Below are positions 7,244-13,663 of a stretch of 21,426 nt of DNA, piece by piece. A program made the position numbers and the translations under genes. Every line of letters starts with the position of its first letter. The first letter of the stretch is position 1. The notes under the pieces were generated by a model. That model saw only the letters and a program-made list of their open reading frames with translations. It was not told the DNA's origin and made no database searches. This stretch comes from Chlamydiia bacterium. Its GTDB lineage: Bacteria; Chlamydiota; Chlamydiia; Chlamydiales; Parachlamydiaceae. The stretch lies in NCBI GenBank assembly GCA_038257035.1, contig JBBSJT010000028.1:1-21426 (forward strand), read 5' to 3'.

Positions 7244-10147
7244 TTAAGTTTCTACATCAAGTTCTTTTGCAAAGGATCTGTTAGTTTCCATTTGAAGCTG
7301 ATTTAATATCTGCTGTATGGATGGAGGCGGCCGTCTGATGATTTCAAAACGGAACAGATCTTGTGCAATTTCGGTTCTTAAAGTACGGCTAAATTCATCA
7401 AACATATGAAATGCTTCATGTTTAAATTCAGTAAGAGGATCTCTTTGCCCAACGGAGCGTAAATTCACATCTGTGCGAAGATGGTCCATTTTTAAAAGAT
7501 GCTCTTGCCATAGACTGTCAATTTTACGAACAATCAAATTGCGAACAGCTTCGTTGATCGGGTTTGATTGGTTATCACGCACTTCAATCTTGGATGATTC
7601 CCTTGCCATTTTTTCTTGAAAAGCATGGACGATTTTTTGTGATGCCATATTTTCAAGGTCTTGCACATCGGATGTGTCATCATCAAATGCACCTTCTTCA
7701 AAAGAGATGGGAAAATGCCTCATGAGCCATTCTCTATAGCCTTCAGGATTCCATGCTCCATCCTCTGATTTATTTTGAAAATATTGATCAGCCGCAGTTG
7801 TGCAAACATTTTCAAGCAGTTCAATGGCAAGCGGTTGGATATTTGCTACATTCAATACTTCATTTCTGAAAGCATAAATTTCTTGGCGTTGCTTATTCAT
7901 CACATCATCATATTCAAGAGTGTGTTTACGAATAGTGTAATTGCGTTGCTCAATGCGTTTTTGAGCAGTTTCAATCGATTTATTTAAAATACCGGCAGAA
8001 ATAGGCTCGCCTTCCGGTGGTCTAAATTTTTGTAAAATACCTGTTAAGCGTGGAGAGGCAAATAAGCGTAAAAGTCTGTCATCAAAAGAAACGAAAAATT
8101 TAGAACTTCCGGGATCTCCTTGACGAGCACTTCGACCTCTTAACTGACGGTCGGTACGACGTGATTCATGTCTTGTTGTTCCAATAACAGCAAGACCGCC
8201 AATTTCCGCAACACCCGGCTCTAATTTAATATCTGTTCCACGACCTGCCATATTAGTTGAAATTGTAATGGCATTTCGTCTTCCTGCATGGGCAATGATT
8301 TCAGCTTCTTTTTCATTTTGCTTAGCATTAAGGACAGTATGTTCAAGTTTATTTTGTTTAAAGATCCGAGAAAGTTTTTCTGAGATATCCACTGACTCGG
8401 TACCAATCAAAATTGGGCGTCCTTTTTCGTGAATTTCTCTGACTTCTTTTAAGATAGCATTATATTTTTCACGCTCAGTCATATAAATCTGATCGTTAGA
8501 ATCTTCTCGCTTACAAGTTCTGTGTGTCGGGATTTCCAAAACATCAATTTTATAAATGGTTTTTAGTTCATTAGCTTCTGTTGTGGCAGTTCCTGTCATT
8601 CCTGCAAGTTTTTTATACATGCGAAAGTAGTTTTGCAAAGTAATCGTTGCATAAGTTTGTGTTTCTTTTTGAATTGCAAGCCCTTCTTTTGCCTCAATAG
8701 CCTGATGCAAACCATCTGAAAAGCGTCTTCCCGGTTGTGTACGACCCGTATTTTCATCGATAATCACAATTTTTTCTTCTTGGATGATGTAATCGACATC
8801 TTTTTCCATAAGAAGGTGGGCGCGAAGAAGTTGTCTTAAATTATGAGAGCGCTCTTTGCGCTTAGCATCTTCTTCTTGAATATCCAGTTTTTTCTGAATT
8901 TTTTGATCTTCAGTCAAATTATCATCTTGGTCAATTAAGAAATATTCATGACCGATGTCCATCATGACAAATTCATCGCCTTGATTGTTTTCATTGTCTT
9001 TGTTTCGGCTTCGATTCATTTCCTGCCAACGCAAGACGCCTTTATCAGTTAATTCAAACTCGCTGCTTTTTTCATCAATGATAATATATAGCTCTGCAAG
9101 TTGTTTCAGGCGCTCTTCTTTATTTTGATCGGCATAATAGTAAAGATCCATATTGTCGAGGGCAGCGCGCATATCAGGGTCTTCTTTAAATCTTTTGACA
9201 ACTTTATTTCGGGGTGTCCCTTTGCTGACAAGCCAAAGTTTTTGAAGAGCTTCCTGTTGAATTTCCAACTGTTTTTTATCCATTTTTTGCCCTTCGGCAA
9301 GTTGAATTTTATCAAGTTCTTTTTTTGCATCCATTGCCAAACGATTGCAAAAATCGCGTTGTACAAGAACAAGATCAGAAACTTGAGGTTTTAATTCATC
9401 ATACATTTGACGGCTTACAGGAACCGGACCTGATATAATTAAAGGTGTTCTTGCTTCATCAATCAGGATAGAATCCACTTCATCGATAATTGCGAAATTG
9501 TAACCGCGTTGTACTTGGTCTTCTTTTCGAAATGCCATGGAGTTATCTCTTAGGTAATCAAAACCAAACTCCGAAGCTGTGCCATAGACAATATCTGACT
9601 CATATATTTTTTTACGGTTTTCTGTTGGAATTTCATTTGTCAATGCAGCTGTAGTAAGGCCTAACCAGCGAAAAATTGTTCCAACCCATTGACAGTCACG
9701 TTCCGCAAGGTAATCATTTACAGTGACAAGATGGACTGAGTTTTTTGAAAGGGCGTTCAAGTAAAGAGGCATTGCGGCAGTAAGTGTTTTGCCTTCGCCT
9801 GTCATCATCTCTGCAATGGCACCATAGTGCATGGCAATGGCTCCAACGATCTGAACATCATAGGGAACCATGTCCCATTTTTGATCATATCCTGAAACGT
9901 GAATTTCTGTTCCGCTCAATCTTCGGCATGCATTTTTTACAACAGCATAAGCTTCAGGTAGAAGATCATCCAAGGTTTCGCCTTTTTCAAAACGATTTCT
10001 AAATTCAGAGGTTTTGTTCCTTAACTCATCATCGCTTAAGGGTTTAAATTTTTCGTCAAACGCATTAACCTTGTCAACGATTTTATAATATTTTTTAAGA
10101 AGTCTGTCTTGAGCTGTGCCAAATATTTTTTTAAGAAATCCAAACAT
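7244..10147 (-). CDS. secA: Preprotein translocase ATPase SecA
   Basis: MMTGEGKTL Walker A, VTVNDYLA, IIDEVDSILIDEARTPLIISG, STNMAGRGTDIKL, QLRGRSARQGDPG. No C-terminal SEC-C zinc motif. Alternative start at 10156. Confidence 0.98.
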   Translation of the reverse strand: MFGFLKKIFGTAQDRLLKKYYKIVDKVNAFDEKFKPLSDDELRNKTSEFRNRFEKGETLDDLLPEAYAVVKNACRRLSGTEIHVSGYDQKWDMVPYDVQIVGAIAMHYGAIAEMMTGEGKTLTAAMPLYLNALSKNSVHLVTVNDYLAERDCQWVGTIFRWLGLTTAALTNEIPTENRKKIYESDIVYGTASEFGFDYLRDNSMAFRKEDQVQRGYNFAIIDEVDSILIDEARTPLIISGPVPVSRQMYDELKPQVSDLVLVQRDFCNRLAMDAKKELDKIQLAEGQKMDKKQLEIQQEALQKLWLVSKGTPRNKVVKRFKEDPDMRAALDNMDLYYYADQNKEERLKQLAELYIIIDEKSSEFELTDKGVLRWQEMNRSRNKDNENNQGDEFVMMDIGHEYFLIDQDDNLTEDQKIQKKLDIQEEDAKRKERSHNLRQLLRAHLLMEKDVDYIIQEEKIVIIDENTGRTQPGRRFSDGLHQAIEAKEGLAIQKETQTYATITLQNYFRMYKKLAGMTGTATTEANELKTIYKIDVLEIPTHRTCKREDSNDQIYMTEREKYNAILKEVREIHEKGRPILIGTESVDISEKLSRIFKQNKLEHTVLNAKQNEKEAEIIAHAGRRNAITISTNMAGRGTDIKLEPGVAEIGGLAVIGTTRHESRRTDRQLRGRSARQGDPGSSKFFVSFDDRLLRLFASPRLTGILQKFRPPEGEPISAGILNKSIETAQKRIEQRNYTIRKHTLEYDDVMNKQRQEIYAFRNEVLNVANIQPLAIELLENVCTTAADQYFQNKSEDGAWNPEGYREWLMRHFPISFEEGAFDDDTSDVQDLENMASQKIVHAFQEKMARESSKIEVRDNQSNPINEAVRNLIVRKIDSLWQEHLLKMDHLRTDVNLRSVGQRDPLTEFKHEAFHMFDEFSRTLRTEIAQDLFRFEIIRRPPPSIQQILNQLQMETNRSFAKELDVET

Positions 10148-10181
10148 GATAGCCATTCTTTTTTTGAGAGTTTAATAACAC

Positions 10182-10211
10182 ATTATAAACTTTGCATTTG
10201 TTTCTTAGCAA
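10182..10211 (-). promoter_or_regulatory. Putative sigma66 promoter for secA
   Basis: Minus strand TTGCTA (10211-10206), 18-bp spacer, TATAAT (10187-10182). Confidence 0.55.
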
Positions 10212-10230
10212 ATTTATTCTTCATTGATGG

Positions 10231-11196
10231 TTATATTTTGGAAGAATCAGTGGGGTAGTTTGCAAGAATATGGTCGATGACGATGTCAATAGCTTGCTTG
10301 TCAAATAGTATTTCTGTATGGCCCATGCCATTAATAATACGCGTGTTTTCTTGGCTAACACCCTCTAAAAATGCTGATTCTAAAGGGACGATAAGATCAT
10401 TTTTTAGGCCTATTTGCAAGAGACGTATACCATGATCTGTTTTGGAGTTTTCATTAATTTCTTTGATAAGATCAGAATCTGTACACATTTCTTTTGCGCA
10501 TTCTCCAAAGCCTATATGGGCAATTTTTGTGCCTTTTGAAGGGGATGAAAGAGTAATCAGATCCTTGACTTTGGATTTACCCTCCTTAAAAGCATAGACT
10601 AAAGAAATAATGCCTCCCATGGAATGGCCGATCAGGACAATGTCTCTTTCTCCAATTTCTTGTTCAGCTTTTTCAATTTCATTCTCAAGATTTTTAGAAT
10701 GATTATCGATCGATGTTAAAAGGGATTCAGGATTGATGCAACGAACAGGAATTGCCGTCTTTTTTTCAATTTCATATTGAAGCTCTAAAGCCCCAGAGCT
10801 GTTATGAAGATAACCACAAATGACGATAATTAAAGGGTCATTTTCAAGTGGAATTTTTTTACTATTATTTTTAGAAAGATCCTTGAAATAAATGGTTGCA
10901 AGAAGACCCATGATAGCGAATTCTTTAAAGAATGGCTTAATATACCCAACGTAATTTTGCACTTTTTCAGGCAGGTAAGGTGTGACAAAATAAAGAATAA
11001 GCGATGCGCCGTAGATGGAAGTGACGACAATTGTTGCTTTAAAAATAATACCTGATGCTGGATTTGGAACAATAAAAGAAAAAATGGAAAGGGCGATCAG
11101 TACTGTAGTTGATGCGGGGAAGGCATTGGGAAGGCATACGTCCTTAATCAAGTTAATGCATTTTAAACTAAGGGGCTCTTTTATATTAGGTTCCAT
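10231..11196 (-). CDS. Membrane-anchored alpha/beta hydrolase (lipase/esterase)
   Basis: Nucleophile elbow LIGHSMGG, TLSSPSKGT, acid residue in NDLIVP and His in MGHTEIL. N-terminal hydrophobic hairpin. The ATG at 11196 is preferred over the TTG at 11232, which falls inside a repeat. Confidence 0.85.
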   Translation of the reverse strand: MEPNIKEPLSLKCINLIKDVCLPNAFPASTTVLIALSIFSFIVPNPASGIIFKATIVVTSIYGASLILYFVTPYLPEKVQNYVGYIKPFFKEFAIMGLLATIYFKDLSKNNSKKIPLENDPLIIVICGYLHNSSGALELQYEIEKKTAIPVRCINPESLLTSIDNHSKNLENEIEKAEQEIGERDIVLIGHSMGGIISLVYAFKEGKSKVKDLITLSSPSKGTKIAHIGFGECAKEMCTDSDLIKEINENSKTDHGIRLLQIGLKNDLIVPLESAFLEGVSQENTRIINGMGHTEILFDKQAIDIVIDHILANYPTDSSKI

Positions 11197-11211
11197 AAAC
11201 ACTCTTTTTTT

Positions 11212-11373
11212 AAAAAGGACAAAAAGGGACAAGAAGAAGGGGTTTTAAAGAACTAAAAGGGCATTTTCAGCCTCTTGAATATATCTTGAAGGTAAAATTG
11301 CTTTTTCATGAAATAACTTAATTGATATAGTCCACAAAGTTAATTTGTTCTTTTAGTCCTTTAAAGTCCCCTT
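11212..11373. repeat. Degenerate inverted repeat made of AAAGGAC(T)-type short units
   Basis: AAGGGGTTTTAAAGAACTAAAAGGGCA (11237-11263) pairs imperfectly with TGTTCTTTTAGTCCTTTAAAGTCCCCTT (11346-11373). Tandem AAAAAGGAC and AAAAAGGGAC at 11212-11230. Confidence 0.55.
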
Positions 11374-11375
11374 TA

Positions 11376-12305
11376 TTAGCTTTTTTTAATTGCTTTACCC
11401 ATGCTTTGGCCCATGAGGCATTTAATTTCAAAACCTTGGTTTGTCGCCAATAGAAGATCCTCATCAATAATCAATCGGCCAGGTTCAAATAATAAGATCA
11501 ATGATGATGCACCAAACGAAAAGTATCCTTTTTCATCACCTTTTTTATAAGGTTGATTGGGCGTATAGGTTTGATTAATGGAGCCCACACTTGTTGCGCC
11601 GATTTCCAAATACAATATTTTTCCAAATTGAGTGGTTTCAAGTTCGGTGATGGCTCTTTTATTTTCTGTAAAAATATGAATATCTTTTTTTAAGGCAATC
11701 GGGTTTACAGAGTAGAGCCAACCATTGATCATTTTTACTTTAGAAGGATTGCAATCTGCCGGGAAGTGAAAGCGATGGTAATCTGTTGGGCAAAGACGAG
11801 CCATAATCATGGATCCGCCGGAATATTTCTCTTTTAGAATTGGATCGTCTAAAAGAGTTTCCAAGTTGAACTTTTGATCTTTTACAACAAAACCCAATGC
11901 GGCATCGATATTTTGAAAAAATAAATAACGCCCATCTGCAGGAATAATTGCAACGTTATCTTGTTTGTCTATCGGACGTGATTCCGGTTTTAGTTTTCTA
12001 ATAAAAAAATCATTAAAGGAAAGATACTTATCCACATCTTCAAGAAATTCGCTAGGATCCACCTCAAAATTTTTGATAAAAGGCCTAATTTTTTTTCTGC
12101 TGCCATTTGTTTTTTGAAAAAAACCATACACTCTAGAAAAAATCGGATTTTTTACAATAGTATGTAAAAGGGGAACTCCAAGGATTTTTGTGATGAGATC
12201 ATCCCCATAAAGTAGTTGCAGGGCTGATGATCCGTAAACTTTTTCAATGCATTTTTTTCCTGTTGTCCGATCGATGTAAGTGATTTGGTGAGGTGTTACG
12301 GTCAT
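11376..12305 (-). CDS. psd: Phosphatidylserine decarboxylase proenzyme
   Basis: SFNDFFIRKLKPESRP, PADG, RLCPTDYHRFHFP, ENKR and self-cleavage region GYFSFGASS. Confidence 0.95.
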   Translation of the reverse strand: MTVTPHQITYIDRTTGKKCIEKVYGSSALQLLYGDDLITKILGVPLLHTIVKNPIFSRVYGFFQKTNGSRKKIRPFIKNFEVDPSEFLEDVDKYLSFNDFFIRKLKPESRPIDKQDNVAIIPADGRYLFFQNIDAALGFVVKDQKFNLETLLDDPILKEKYSGGSMIMARLCPTDYHRFHFPADCNPSKVKMINGWLYSVNPIALKKDIHIFTENKRAITELETTQFGKILYLEIGATSVGSINQTYTPNQPYKKGDEKGYFSFGASSLILLFEPGRLIIDEDLLLATNQGFEIKCLMGQSMGKAIKKS

Positions 12306-12664
12306 GGTTTTGGAATACCTTGTTTTTTGGCAAGTTTTGCAAAAAGATTAAGTTCCTTTATAAATTCTGCTGAAAAATTTTGGGTCAAATGGGCGCTTTT
12401 TATATTTTCAAGTAAGAGATCAGCGTATTTGATCGTTTGAAAAAGCAAATCATTGTTATCCGGATTTTTTACAAAGGCTTTATTAATGTTTTGGTAGTGG
12501 ATGAGTTGCAGGCGTATTTCTTCTTGAAGTCTAATGTTTTGCTTCCCAAGTAAAATGAGATTTTCAACAGATTGTACTTCCATAGAAACTTCATTTTTTT
12601 CGATTGAAAATAGTGATGAAGTAATGATAATTGACATCAATAATAATTTACAAAATTTATGCAT
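12302..12664 (-). CDS. Small exported helical hypothetical protein, translationally coupled to psd
   Basis: 120 aa with an N-terminal signal-peptide-like segment. 4-bp ATGA overlap with the psd start. Confidence 0.75.
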   Translation of the reverse strand: MHKFCKLLLMSIIITSSLFSIEKNEVSMEVQSVENLILLGKQNIRLQEEIRLQLIHYQNINKAFVKNPDNNDLLFQTIKYADLLLENIKSAHLTQNFSAEFIKELNLFAKLAKKQGIPKP

Positions 12665-12697
12665 AAATAATTTTCATTTAAGAGGTTTTAAAATACA

Positions 12698-12726
12698 ATA
12701 ATAACTAAAAACCTTTAAACTGTCAA
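12698..12726 (-). promoter_or_regulatory. Near-consensus sigma66 promoter for the hypothetical-psd operon
   Basis: Minus strand TTGACA (12726-12721), 17-bp spacer, TATTAT (12703-12698). Confidence 0.7.
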
Positions 12727-12765
12727 GTTCTACCTGCCAAATTCTAAATGGTATTCAAACCACTT

Positions 12766-13344
12766 CTAAGGTCGATTTAAATAAGTATCAAAGTCACCTA
12801 TAACAACATGGTTTGGGTTAAACCAACTTGTAAGATATTTTTCCAAAGATTTGCCCCTTCTTTCTGAAAGGCCGGCACGTCCTGCTTCTAAAACGATCAT
12901 CTCATCATTTTGATATGTTAAATGATAAACATCTACAGTGACAGGGATGGATATGAAGCCGATTTTGTATTTACAATGGATTTGAAATCCCTTAAAAAAT
13001 TCAATATCTCTTTTAAAACGATTAAGTCTTCCCTCAACTTTATTTTCAGGGCCAAAGACTAAAATAGATCCGGGCCTTGGCTCCTTTGATGGAGATTTTG
13101 AAGCAGGAACATAAAATTGAAGAGGATTTTTTAGATAAATAGAAAAGAGGCCAGTCTCTTCAGAAAAGTTCCACTCAGTAATTTTATCTTGGTCAAAATT
13201 GGCGAAAAAAGCTTCCCAAATTTTTGCCATATTAGGGTGAACTACCTCTGAGATTTTATTTAGAGCTTGATCTTTAGCTAAATTAGATAAAAGGGGTGTG
13301 AATAAAATTTGAGTAAAGATAAAACTTGCGAAAATAAATTTCAT
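12766..13344 (-). CDS. Exported hypothetical protein, single DUF538-like domain; paralog of the C-terminus of the neighbouring 682-aa protein
   Basis: 192 aa, signal-peptide-like N-terminus, GAGGGA RBS. Colinear similarity to the last ~165 aa of 13664..15712. Confidence 0.8.
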   Translation of the reverse strand: MKFIFASFIFTQILFTPLLSNLAKDQALNKISEVVHPNMAKIWEAFFANFDQDKITEWNFSEETGLFSIYLKNPLQFYVPASKSPSKEPRPGSILVFGPENKVEGRLNRFKRDIEFFKGFQIHCKYKIGFISIPVTVDVYHLTYQNDEMIVLEAGRAGLSERRGKSLEKYLTSWFNPNHVVIGDFDTYLNRP

Positions 13345-13367
13345 GTATTCCCTCTAATAAAAACTCC

Positions 13368-13397
13368 AACATATCGAAACAGCGCTTGCCTTGTCAA
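13368..13397 (-). promoter_or_regulatory. Putative sigma66 promoter for the 192-aa gene
   Basis: Minus strand TTGACA (13397-13392), 18-bp spacer, TATGTT (13373-13368). Confidence 0.5.
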
Positions 13398-13491
13398 CAA
13401 CAACCAAATCTTGAGGAAGAATCCAAATTTTTTTGATAGCCTACAATTGAACCACACACTTCCAAAAACATTAAAATTATCTCGTTAAGAT

Positions 13492-13594
13492 TTTTTACCA
13501 GTGAGGCAGTGAGAAGCGGCAGAGGCAGTGAGGGGTTAGGAATTCATAGCCCCTCACTGCCTCATGCCGCTTCTCACTGCCTCACTGGTAAAAA
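13492..13594. repeat. Long intergenic hairpin built from 8-nt CAGTGAG(G/A) units
   Basis: Arms 13492-13535 and 13550-13594 are perfectly complementary except one extra base (A13564). Short loop containing GAATTC. Confidence 0.85.
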
Positions 13595-13663
13595 TCAAAA
13601 TGCGAAGTGTATAGTGTTTTAAGATAATTTTCTTCTATCTCTAACTGTAAAATAAAGTCCAGA

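Noticed and set aside
8850..9400. Large insertion in SecA and absent C-terminal zinc motif
   Set aside because: The ~970-aa length and layout match ordinary chlamydial SecA, and there are no intein motifs.
11500..11530. psd cleavage motif GASS instead of GGST/LGST
   Set aside because: The serine that forms the pyruvoyl group is retained and the other motifs are intact, so there is no reason to call the enzyme inactive.
13454..13631. Extra short inverted matches around the 13492 hairpin (AAAACATTA/TAGTGTTTT, AAAATTATCT/AGATAATTTT)
   Set aside because: Their order is not mirror-symmetric and they are AT-rich, so they may be chance matches.
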